Of a stretch of 64,000 bases of DNA, positions 56,179 to 64,000 are shown in pieces. The stretch is from Vicinamibacterales bacterium (GTDB lineage: Bacteria; Acidobacteriota; Vicinamibacteria; Vicinamibacterales; JAMQPK01): contig CAWAKJ010000003.1 of assembly GCA_963782595.1 (NCBI GenBank), positions 120,641 through 184,640 of the forward strand. Direction: 5' to 3'. Position 1 is the stretch's first letter, and the number at the start of each line of letters is the position of its first letter. The notes under the pieces are model-generated. The model worked only from the letters and a program-made list of their open reading frames with translations. It searched no databases and had not been told where the DNA came from. Position numbers and translations under genes: made by a program.

Positions 56179-58578
56179 GTGCGGCGAGATCTTCACCTTC
56201 CCGATCTCGCGCTGCTGCTGGATGCCGATCGCCTTTCCGCACGATTGCAAAGCACGCTCGGCCGTCCCGACATCACGCGCGTCGAGGTGGCGTATTTGCG
56301 CTACAAGCCGGCGCAGAGCTGCCTGGCGGCATGCCGCGCCGAGGTAGACGGCCGCTGGGTTGAATTCGTTGCGAAGGCGCACCGCCCGAGCGCGGTCGGC
56401 AAGCTTCGCAAAGCGACAACGGCGGGTGCCATCCCTGGCCCTTTGGGTCCGGGCCGATTTGTGCTCGACCAAAGCTCGATCGTCGTGTCTGTTTTTCCAA
56501 ACGACCAGCGGTTACCACGTCTTGCTCGACTGGCTACGCCCGACTCTGTCGCGCGCCTCTTCGCCAGGATCCCCAACCATGCCGGTGTCGGTGCCCGTCT
56601 GGAAACGCTTCGTCACAACCCCGAGCGGCGGTTCGTCGGCAAGCTCGTTCTGGAACGTAGGGCGGGTCCTATGGACCCGCCATCAGGAGACGACATTGCC
56701 ACGGTGCGCTGTTACACGCGCAGCGACTTCGAGGCGATGGTGGCGAAGGCTGGCGCGGTGAAGACTCGAGGACCGCTCCGTGTGGCACGTCTGCTGACGC
56801 GGTGGAAACGATGGCACATGTTGGTGTTCGAATGGCTCGACGGAGAGTTGCTGGAAGACGCCATCCGGCAGCGATCAGTGCAACCGTCAGACATGGCGCT
56901 CGTCGGCTCGGCCCTGGCCCATCTTCACGACCAGGAAGGACGCAAATTACCACGGCGGACCGGAGCCATCGACGCCGCGGCTGTGTCTGCGCTCTCACAC
57001 CACCTCGCATTCCTGCATCCACCGATTGCCAGGTTGGTCCGCCACCTTACCAGACGAGTGACTGCCGGTCTCTTGAGCCAGGTCGATGGGGCGTCTCCGC
57101 TGCACGGCGACTTCTACGCGAAGCAAGTGCTTCTGAACGGCTCGACGGCGGCATTTGTCGATCTCGACGAGTCATCGCTCGGCAATCCGGCGATCGACCT
57201 TGCGCGATTTCGAGCCGATCTCGAAGCCTCTTCGCTGGCGGGACATCTCGACGGATGCGACGTTGAACCGCTGTTCGACCACCTGCTGGAAGGGTATCGC
57301 GTCATCCGCCGGACGCTGCCGGCTGACCTCAACCTCCACATCGCGGCTCATTTGCTCCGCGTCGCGGCGCACCCGTTCCGCGTCCGCGATCCTCGATGGC
57401 CGCAGACCCTCGAGGCGATCCTGGATCGCGCCGCCACGTTTCTCGAGAGGGATGCGAGCGCACGTTCCTCCTGCAACGTGTCGAGCAATGGGGGTCTGAC
57501 CCCCGTGATATCGCGGGGGTCAGACCCCAAACTCACCAGCGACCCGTTGATGCCGTTCCTGCACACGGCGCTGAATCCGTCAGAGGTCGCTCCCAGATTC
57601 GCCCGCAGTCTGGATTGCCTGACCATGGCAAAGCTCACGCAGGTCGCCCACATTTCTGTGTTGCGGCACAAGCCTGGCCGACGCTGCCTCGCCCTGTATG
57701 AACTGACGGTGCACGATGCGGGGGACTCGGTTCGGCACCTGCGTGTCGTCGGCAAGATGCGCGCGCGTGGTGCTGACACCACCACACACGACCTGCAGAA
57801 GAGGTTGTGGACCGGAAGCTTCGGTGCGTTCGCGACCGACGGCATTCTTGTCCCCGAGCCGCTTGGTGTGCTGAGAGACCTTCAGATGACGGTGCAACGC
57901 GGCGTCTCAGGAGTACCGCTGACCGGTCTTCTGGAAGGTCCTGGCGGTGTCATGCTTGCCGGCCGCGCAGCGGAAGCGATTCACAAGCTGCACTCGGCAG
58001 GGGCACCGTCTTCCCGCAGTCACACTGTGGAAGACGAACTGCGAATTCTCCGCGAACGGCTCGGGCGCGTCGCAGAGGCGCGGCCACAGTGGCACGAGCG
58101 AATTGAGCGGGTGCTCGACGCGTGCGTGCGGCTCGCGGAGCGCGTGCAAGAGGATTCGTGCTGCGGTATTCACCGCGATTTCTATCCAGACCAGGTGCTG
58201 GTCGATGAAGAGCGGCTGCACCTGACGGATCTGGATCTGTACGCGCACGGCCCCGCCGCGCTGGACATCGGCAATTTCGTCGCACATGTCTACGAGAACA
58301 GCCTGCGCCGCTTCGGCAATCCGAACCACCTCTGCGATCGCACAGAGAGTCTGATCGAGCGGTACCTGCAATTGTCCCCGGCGACCACGCGGGAATCGAT
58401 TCGCGCATGGACGACGCTGTCGCTCGTTCGCCACATCGCGATCAGCACGCAATTCGCGGAACGGCGGCCGTTCACTCCGGCGCTGCTCGACTTGTGCGAG
58501 TGCCGGTTGTTTGGCGGCCGGCCGGCCAACATACGACCCCGCAAGGATCTCCGGTCAGTAGAGAGGAGCACACAATGA
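56179..58578 (+). CDS. Tandem double kinase: two APH/WaaP-like phosphotransferase domains in one ORF
   Basis: Domain 1 has 'SPLHGDFYAKQVLL...AFVDLDE'. Domain 2 has 'GIHRDFYPDQVLVDEERLHLTDLDL'. The start is set at GTG 56179, just after the ABC stop; the track ORF begins at 56005 inside the ABC gene. Confidence 0.65.
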   Translation: MRRDLHLPDLALLLDADRLSARLQSTLGRPDITRVEVAYLRYKPAQSCLAACRAEVDGRWVEFVAKAHRPSAVGKLRKATTAGAIPGPLGPGRFVLDQSSIVVSVFPNDQRLPRLARLATPDSVARLFARIPNHAGVGARLETLRHNPERRFVGKLVLERRAGPMDPPSGDDIATVRCYTRSDFEAMVAKAGAVKTRGPLRVARLLTRWKRWHMLVFEWLDGELLEDAIRQRSVQPSDMALVGSALAHLHDQEGRKLPRRTGAIDAAAVSALSHHLAFLHPPIARLVRHLTRRVTAGLLSQVDGASPLHGDFYAKQVLLNGSTAAFVDLDESSLGNPAIDLARFRADLEASSLAGHLDGCDVEPLFDHLLEGYRVIRRTLPADLNLHIAAHLLRVAAHPFRVRDPRWPQTLEAILDRAATFLERDASARSSCNVSSNGGLTPVISRGSDPKLTSDPLMPFLHTALNPSEVAPRFARSLDCLTMAKLTQVAHISVLRHKPGRRCLALYELTVHDAGDSVRHLRVVGKMRARGADTTTHDLQKRLWTGSFGAFATDGILVPEPLGVLRDLQMTVQRGVSGVPLTGLLEGPGGVMLAGRAAEAIHKLHSAGAPSSRSHTVEDELRILRERLGRVAEARPQWHERIERVLDACVRLAERVQEDSCCGIHRDFYPDQVLVDEERLHLTDLDLYAHGPAALDIGNFVAHVYENSLRRFGNPNHLCDRTESLIERYLQLSPATTRESIRAWTTLSLVRHIAISTQFAERRPFTPALLDLCECRLFGGRPANIRPRKDLRSVERSTQ
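56657..56681. repeat. Short copy of the GTAGGGCGGGTC family inside the kinase CDS
   Basis: ggaac-gtagggcgggtcc-tat-ggacccgcc. Translated as '...ERRAGPMDPPSG...'. Confidence 0.75.
57491..57528. repeat. 38-nt near-perfect palindrome in the linker between the two kinase domains
   Basis: ggggtctgaccccc-gtgatatcgc-gggggtcagacccc. Translated as 'NGGLTPVISRGSDPK'. Confidence 0.85.
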
Positions 58579-59546
58579 CACGAATTTGGGCATCGCTGTC
58601 TGCCATCATCTTGTTGTGTACTACGACTGCAGCGTTCGCGCAGAACGGCGCTTCGACTTCAACCGCAGCGGAGAGCCAGGAGACTCCGCAGGGCGTTCCG
58701 GCACCCGAACGGCGCGTCACGGCGCCGGACACTGGTCCGTGGACGTTCTTCGGAACACTGTCGAATGGTCTGGCCTCGAACGTCAACTTCGACCAGGAGG
58801 ACCTCGGCTCCTATGGTGTGGTGCTGGCTGGCGGCTTCAACTTTGTCTCAGACGACTTCGCGCTCACGTACGAAGTCGCCGGCCATCAGTATTCGCATAC
58901 TGAGCGGTGGAATCGCATCAGCCAGCGTATCGAAGCGGCGTTCGAGCGGAGTCTGCCGGGAAACTGGGAGTTCGAGGCCGTCGGTCAAGTCGGCTTCAAG
59001 GGATCGTCAGAGGATCGAGATATCGTCGATCAGGATCTCGAAATCATGCCGCGTCTCCAGTACCGCTTCAGCCCCGAACGCCGGTTCCGCATGTTTACCG
59101 CGCATCGGCTGAAGCGATACAACAACGCACCGGACGAGAACGCACGCAAGCACTACGTCGGAGTGGAGTTTCGCGAGCAATTGGGCGAAGGGCGCCACTG
59201 GGAGGCCGGTGGCCGCTTCGAGACCAACGACGAGAACCTCGTGAGAGGCGATTACCGCCGCTGGACGTACTGGCTGGAGCACGGGATGCAGTTGACCGCT
59301 CGAGACACGTTCTTGATGCAGCTCCGCTACCGGCTCAAGCATTACACGAGTCGATTTGTCGAGATTGAGGACGTCGACAGACTTCGGAGTGATCACCGCT
59401 TCGTGCCGGCCTTTGCCTTGATACACGCCGTCAATCAGAGGTTCCAGGTTCGCTTCGATTACACGCACGAGTCGAACTACTCGAACGATCCCGACCGCGA
59501 GTACGGCGCGCATCTGGCGTGGACCAGTTTGGGGATGAGGTGGTGA
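58575..59546 (+). CDS. Outer-membrane beta-barrel protein
   Basis: Signal peptide 'MTRIWASLSAIILLCTTTAAFAQ', beta-strand periodicity and aromatic C-terminus '...AWTSLGMRW'. ATGA overlap with the kinase stop. RBS GAGAGGAG. Confidence 0.65.
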   Translation: MTRIWASLSAIILLCTTTAAFAQNGASTSTAAESQETPQGVPAPERRVTAPDTGPWTFFGTLSNGLASNVNFDQEDLGSYGVVLAGGFNFVSDDFALTYEVAGHQYSHTERWNRISQRIEAAFERSLPGNWEFEAVGQVGFKGSSEDRDIVDQDLEIMPRLQYRFSPERRFRMFTAHRLKRYNNAPDENARKHYVGVEFREQLGEGRHWEAGGRFETNDENLVRGDYRRWTYWLEHGMQLTARDTFLMQLRYRLKHYTSRFVEIEDVDRLRSDHRFVPAFALIHAVNQRFQVRFDYTHESNYSNDPDREYGAHLAWTSLGMRW

Positions 59547-59564
59547 TACCGCTACTCAGTCAGG

Positions 59565-59617
59565 GCAGATGGCAGATGGATGATGGCCGAAGACGTCATC
59601 TGCCATCTGCCATCTGC
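59565..59617. terminator. Hairpin between convergent genes, with arms made of tandem heptamers (GCAGATG)n / (CATCTGC)n
   Basis: The left arm gcagatggcagatgg (59565-59579) pairs with ccatctgccatctgc on the right. The right arm carries three CATCTGC units. Confidence 0.6.
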
Positions 59618-59644
59618 GCGATCTGCCATGACTCTTGTAAAGGA

Positions 59645-61723
59645 TCAGTTCCACTTGACGTCGCGCGTCATCACGCCGAGGCGCCGGCCGTCGCCTCGCG
59701 GGCGCCAGACGGGATCGACTCTCAGGACGATCCACTCGGCGTCGGGTTGGGCGTCTTTGGGCTTCGCGCCGAACTCATAGCGGATGGTGTGCCATTCGTT
59801 ATCGGTCAGCTTGCGCGTGTCGATCACCCTTCCACGAATTTCGACGGCGAGCGTTTGCGGCGTTGTCGAGGCCGATCGCACGGCCAGCTCGACGCCTTTG
59901 GCGTCCGGAGGAGCGTGCAAGTACGAAACCGGGCCGCTCCATCGGAACGTGACGCCTGGACCGCCTCGCTCGGGCGGGTAGAATCCGCGCGAGCGCCCGC
60001 CGACGTCGATGTCCTTTGCATAGATAGGGTCCTCGGCCTTCCAGGCCTGCCCATCGATGACCGGTCCATTAATCGTGAACACGTCCATGTATGGAAAATG
60101 ATCGGCCTTCCAATCCGCGCTGCTCCATGGATAGACCGCGAACGAGCGCAGCCGTGCAGCGTGCTCGTCGACCTTCATCGCGGAGACACCGGGAAACGGA
60201 TTGTTCAGCCCGAGCGTGTCCACGATCGTCGCTGGAATATCGCCAATCGTGGTCGGCGCCTGTGAGATGACAAGCGGACCGCTGCCGTTTGGCGGTTTCA
60301 CCACGAGGAGTGCGAGCGCGCTGCCGGACATGTTCGACAACGGGCCTCCCACCGTCTCACGATCGCCGGAAAATCCATCCGGGGGTATCGCAATGCCGTG
60401 ATCCGAGGAGATGAGCACCAGGCTCGTGTCGTAGAGTCCCAGCTGGCGGAGCTTGTCGAGAAATTCAGCGACGCGCCGGACGGCACATCTGGCCTGGCCC
60501 GTGTAAAGCTCGCGTGAGGCGCGATTGATGCCGATGTAGTTGCAGTCGGCGTCGAGCGTCATCGGCCAATGCGGAATGCCGACGTGCACGTACTTGTACA
60601 GCGGCCGATCATGTCCGACGTGCAATCGCGGCGTGAAGTCTCTGAGGAACGCCTCGCCGTTCACGGGCAGATGGCGCCTGCCCGCCGTGTCGGCGTTTTG
60701 CTGGCCGAACGTATTCTGCAACCGCCACGACTGGTCGTTGTAGATCGCCGGTTTCAGGAGATGCGGCGAGTGCCGGAAGAGCGACAGATCTGCGAGCTGC
60801 CACGCGGTGAACCGCACGTACGCCTCATACGTGACATACGGCGTCGGCAGCCGGTAATAGTTGGTCGCCGATGCCTTGTCGTACTGCAGCCCGGAGACCA
60901 CATCGACCTGGTATCCCTGCGAGCGCATGACGCCGTAAATCGATCCGCCTTTGAAATGCCGATTCATGAACCGCCGCATCGGCTCCTGGTTTCGATACGC
61001 GTGTCCAGTCAGCATCGCGGGAATGCTGACGATCGTCGTCGGAAACGCGCCGGCGTGATTGGCAAAGAACGTGAAACCCGAGAAGCGGCGATCCATCTCG
61101 GCGCGGTCGGCCTCGACGATGTCGAGGAAGACGTCGGACTGAAAACCGTCGAGCACGAAGTGGAACACGTTCTGCTTCGACGAGACTTCGAAGATCGCGT
61201 CCGGTGGCCCTTCCCATTTCGCGCGCGCTTCAGGATCGGCCTTCGCAGCCGTCGCCGCGACGAGGACTATCTGTAGGGCGACCAGCACGCGGCTCGCGAA
61301 CACCGCCGTCGTGAACAGCTTGCGCGCAAAGACGACGCAGATCGTCGGAAGTGCGACCCACAGCACCGGCTCGTACCGGTTCCGCCACGCATGACTGCTC
61401 CAGTCGATGTCCTCGCCGTTCAGGACGCCGTAGTCGCCGACGATGAGGTTGCCCTGTATCCACAGCACGATACCCACGCCAACCAGGCCGACGACGTAGT
61501 GTCGGAACAGCTTTTCTGGAAGAAACATGCCGACCAGCACGAGCGCTGCGGTGATGCCCGCGACGAGCGGGAGGAGATGGACGCCGATGTTCCAGAATGG
61601 CGCGCTGAACTCCTGCTGGTTGCTCGCGTACAGGGTGTGAGCACCGAATACGAACAATTGCAGGGGCGGGAACAGCGCGGGAAACAAGACGAGAAGGGCG
61701 CGACGCCAGCGCGAATCGGACAT
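59645..61723 (-). CDS. Sulfatase-superfamily membrane protein (LTA-synthase / phosphoglycerol- or phosphoethanolamine-transferase-like)
   Basis: N-terminal ~5 TM ('RRALLVLFPALFPPLQLFVFGAHTLY...'), then 'NVFHFVLDGFQSDVF' and 'VLISSDHGIA'. The start is set at the ATG at 61723 (MSDSRW). The track ORF extends to 62245 across the opposite-strand VWFA gene. Confidence 0.7.
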   Translation of the reverse strand: MSDSRWRRALLVLFPALFPPLQLFVFGAHTLYASNQQEFSAPFWNIGVHLLPLVAGITAALVLVGMFLPEKLFRHYVVGLVGVGIVLWIQGNLIVGDYGVLNGEDIDWSSHAWRNRYEPVLWVALPTICVVFARKLFTTAVFASRVLVALQIVLVAATAAKADPEARAKWEGPPDAIFEVSSKQNVFHFVLDGFQSDVFLDIVEADRAEMDRRFSGFTFFANHAGAFPTTIVSIPAMLTGHAYRNQEPMRRFMNRHFKGGSIYGVMRSQGYQVDVVSGLQYDKASATNYYRLPTPYVTYEAYVRFTAWQLADLSLFRHSPHLLKPAIYNDQSWRLQNTFGQQNADTAGRRHLPVNGEAFLRDFTPRLHVGHDRPLYKYVHVGIPHWPMTLDADCNYIGINRASRELYTGQARCAVRRVAEFLDKLRQLGLYDTSLVLISSDHGIAIPPDGFSGDRETVGGPLSNMSGSALALLVVKPPNGSGPLVISQAPTTIGDIPATIVDTLGLNNPFPGVSAMKVDEHAARLRSFAVYPWSSADWKADHFPYMDVFTINGPVIDGQAWKAEDPIYAKDIDVGGRSRGFYPPERGGPGVTFRWSGPVSYLHAPPDAKGVELAVRSASTTPQTLAVEIRGRVIDTRKLTDNEWHTIRYEFGAKPKDAQPDAEWIVLRVDPVWRPRGDGRRLGVMTRDVKWN

Positions 61724-61795
61724 TCTTAGAGGCAAATTATAGCGTGTCGGTGCTTCCCAGCCGGCCTGAATTGAGTACAATTCACCAAAATCCAT

Positions 61796-64000
61796 ATGGT
61801 CAGCAATGCCTTGCACCTGAGGCGACGGCGAATGGCCGGGCTGTCGCTGCTTCTCGTTGCGCTGATGTGCGGCGCCGCCGCTCAGGAGCGCCAGAGCTCG
61901 CAGGGCCCGCCGTCGGCGACGTTTCAGGTCGACGTCGACTATGTCGACGTCGACGTCCTGGTCACCGACGAACGTGGCAACTTCGTCAGCGAGCTCACCT
62001 CGGCCGACTTCGAAGTGTTCGAGGACGGAAAGCCCGTCAAGGTCGACACTTTTTCGATGGTCGATATCCCCGTCGATCAACGGCGGGCGACGTATTTTGG
62101 CGGCCGCGCCATCCGGCAGGACGTTCACACCAACCGCGCTGCGCTGGAAGGCCGCTTCTACGTCATCGTGCTCGACGACATCGGCACGAGCGCGCTGCGC
62201 TCGCAACATGTCATCAGGGCGGCGCGGCAATTCGTGGACGAGCACGTCGCTCCGAACGACACGGCGGCTGTCGTGTACACGAGCGCCCGCCGCGATCGTG
62301 CGCAGGAGTTCACGAGCGACCGCAGCCTGCTCCTGGCATCGATCGCCAAATTCGCCGGCACGAAGCTCAGGTCATCCACGCTGGACAAACTGGACGGGTT
62401 CTACCAGGAGAAGGCGATAGCCGAAGGCCTTGCCTCATCGACGGGTGAGCCCGTCGATCTCAACAGCGCCGCGGGCCGCGCCTCGAATCCGTTCAGCCGG
62501 GGCGAGGGATACGCCAACAGAAGCTACGACGTCAACGACATCGAACGCGGTCAGCGCGCGTTGGGTGTCCTCGGGCAGTTGAAGAACTACGCGGAGTTTC
62601 TCGCAAACGTGCGTGGCCGCCGCAAAGCCATGGTGCTCTTCAGCGAGGGCATCGATTACCCGGTTCACGACATTTTCTCGGCGCACGACGCATCGGCAGT
62701 GCTCAACGCGATGGAAGACGCCATTGCGGCTGCCGCGCGCGCAAACGTGAACATTTTTACTGTAGACCCGAGAGGGCTCGTCGGCCTGACCAGCGAGTAC
62801 ATCGAGCTGAACAAGTCGAACGCCGACCTGTTCAACATTGGTGCTCGCGATCCCAGGTATGGCCTTCAGCCGCACACCGCGCTTCTGGCCGAGATGCGGA
62901 CGACGCAAGACAGCCTGCGCTCGCTCGCCGAGGAGACCGGAGGACTGGCGGCCGTCGACATCAACGCCTTCCGGCCCGCTTTCGATCGCATCGTGCAGGC
63001 CAACAGCCGCTACTACATGCTTGGGTACCGTCCGCCGACTCACCCGCGCGACGGCAAATTCCACAAAATCGACGTGCGCGTCAAGCGGTCAGGGCTGCAG
63101 GTGTCTGCGCGCAAAGGCTATGCCTCGCCGCGGGTTCGGACTCGCGACGAAGCTGCGCGGCTCGAGCGCGAACGTGTAGCACGCACCAAAGGTGCCGATC
63201 AAACATCGTCCGAGCTGCGCGCGGTGCTCGACAGACCGCTTCAGCACGGCGGCATCGCGGTGACCGTTCAGGCCGCTGCCTTCAGACGAACGCCACGAAG
63301 CGCATCGGTCGCCCTGGCGATCGAAATCGATGCCGCGCGCTTGAAATTCTCGCCCCAGCAGAACGACAGCATCTTCGGCAACAGAGTGGAAGTGTCACTG
63401 TTCAGCATCAGCGAGCAGGGCAAGCCGTTGCAGGGATTGCGAACCGAGTTGGACCTCACCTTGCGCCCCGACACTTACGCGCGCGTCAAGGCTAACGGGT
63501 TACGTATGAACCCGCGAGTCGATCTGCCGCCCGGCCGTTACCAAATGCGTATCGGCGTGCGTGAGGCCGGATCGGGTGAGATAGGCACCGTTTTCTACGA
63601 CCTCGAGGTGCCCGATTTCGCGAAAGCCCCGATTTCCGTCAGCGGATTGCTGCTGACCAGTACCTCGGCTCAACAGACGCCTACGCTGCAGCCCGACGAA
63701 GTGACGCGCAACGTTCTGCCGACCCCGGCGACGAGCCGCCGGGTGTTCAGCCAGTCGGACGTCTTGACGGTGTTCGCCGAGGTCTATGCCACCGGCGGCA
63801 GCAGTCGGTCGCGATTGGAAGTGACGACGCGCCTCATCAACGAAGCCGGTGCTGACGCTTCTGTCGCCACGGACGTCCTGTCAGATAAGCCTCAAAATAC
63901 GAACAATGGCGCATTGACGCACAACCTGACCAAGGAGATACCGTTGAAGGGCGTTCCGCCCGGACGATACTTGTTGCGAGTCGAAGCGACCGACCGTCGC
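61796..64000 (+). CDS. VWFA-related acidobacterial-domain protein. 3'-partial; runs off the window; not in the ORF track.
   Basis: My own translation from the ATG at 61796 gives 735 codons with no stop up to 64000. It contains the signal 'RRRRMAGLSLLLVALMCGAAAQ', the hallmark 'TFQVDVDYVDVDVLVTDERGNFVSELTSADFEVFEDGKPVKV' and the VWA-like 'FYVIVLDDIGTS...AMVLFSEGID...NVNIFTVDPRGL'. Confidence 0.8.
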   Translation, partial: MVSNALHLRRRRMAGLSLLLVALMCGAAAQERQSSQGPPSATFQVDVDYVDVDVLVTDERGNFVSELTSADFEVFEDGKPVKVDTFSMVDIPVDQRRATYFGGRAIRQDVHTNRAALEGRFYVIVLDDIGTSALRSQHVIRAARQFVDEHVAPNDTAAVVYTSARRDRAQEFTSDRSLLLASIAKFAGTKLRSSTLDKLDGFYQEKAIAEGLASSTGEPVDLNSAAGRASNPFSRGEGYANRSYDVNDIERGQRALGVLGQLKNYAEFLANVRGRRKAMVLFSEGIDYPVHDIFSAHDASAVLNAMEDAIAAAARANVNIFTVDPRGLVGLTSEYIELNKSNADLFNIGARDPRYGLQPHTALLAEMRTTQDSLRSLAEETGGLAAVDINAFRPAFDRIVQANSRYYMLGYRPPTHPRDGKFHKIDVRVKRSGLQVSARKGYASPRVRTRDEAARLERERVARTKGADQTSSELRAVLDRPLQHGGIAVTVQAAAFRRTPRSASVALAIEIDAARLKFSPQQNDSIFGNRVEVSLFSISEQGKPLQGLRTELDLTLRPDTYARVKANGLRMNPRVDLPPGRYQMRIGVREAGSGEIGTVFYDLEVPDFAKAPISVSGLLLTSTSAQQTPTLQPDEVTRNVLPTPATSRRVFSQSDVLTVFAEVYATGGSSRSRLEVTTRLINEAGADASVATDVLSDKPQNTNNGALTHNLTKEIPLKGVPPGRYLLRVEATDRR

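Noticed and set aside
61724-62245. N-terminal ~174 codons of the 866-aa minus-strand ORF
   Set aside because: This part overlaps the plus-strand VWFA gene and has shadow-ORF composition. The membrane protein begins plausibly at the ATG at 61723 ('MSDSRWRRALLVLF...').
61744-62448. Track ORFs 61744-62448 and 61941-62420 on the plus strand
   Set aside because: Both are out of frame with the VWFA gene, which has a recognisable signal peptide and domain hallmark. Their translations are Arg/Ser-rich nonsense.
1-64000. tRNA, rRNA, tmRNA or transposase/integrase genes
   Set aside because: I found no cloverleaf-like GTTCGAATC/T-loop contexts outside CDSs, no rRNA-like conserved stretches, and no ORF with DDE/tyrosine-recombinase signatures. 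A computational scan (tRNAscan-SE, Infernal, ISfinder) is still advisable.

Overview
High-GC bacterial chromosome segment (roughly 60-67% GC in the lines I counted by hand). It is most likely Acidobacteriota: it carries a 'VWFA-related acidobacterial domain' protein, a type III glutamine synthetase and PEP-CTERM/exosortase machinery.

(1) Positions 1-41526 form one ~41.5-kb block of about 38 co-directional minus-strand genes. Many are translationally coupled by ATGA/GTGA/TTGA overlaps. The block is a PEP-CTERM/exosortase-type exopolysaccharide locus. In transcription order it encodes:
- a Wza-like exporter and an OM beta-barrel;
- a Wzz-like co-polymerase fused to an ExeA-like ATPase, then a BY-kinase;
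- two small paralogous unknown proteins and a priming sugar transferase;
- a WbpB/WbpD/WbpE-like amino-sugar module, FemAB/GNAT-like proteins, an AsnB-like amidotransferase and CE4 deacetylases;
- many GT2/GT4 glycosyltransferases and methyltransferases, plus Wzy/O-antigen-ligase-like and Wzx-like proteins;
- secreted beta-helix proteins and GDP-fucose synthase;
- exosortase, PrsK and PrsR at the distal end.
Two excisionase-type HTH paralogs sit at the head of the block.

(2) 43-50 kb holds glnN, phoD, a small membrane protein and a Tat-signal SelA-like PLP enzyme with a Tat-signal RidA. These genes are separated by unusual nested palindromic elements whose arms are tandem 7-8-mers.

(3) 50.6-59.5 kb is a plus-strand operon: three GTs, an MsbA-like ABC exporter, a tandem double kinase and an OM beta-barrel. 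It is followed by a sulfatase/LTA-synthase-like membrane protein and a VWFA protein that runs off the window and is not in the ORF track.

Most notable observations:
- At least ten well-conserved genes are interrupted by frame disruptions, all of +1 sign. This is either an assembly artefact or locus decay.
- There are two segmental duplications with recognisable junction scars.
- Palindromic repeats lie in frame inside CDSs.

No rRNA, tRNA or CRISPR array was seen.
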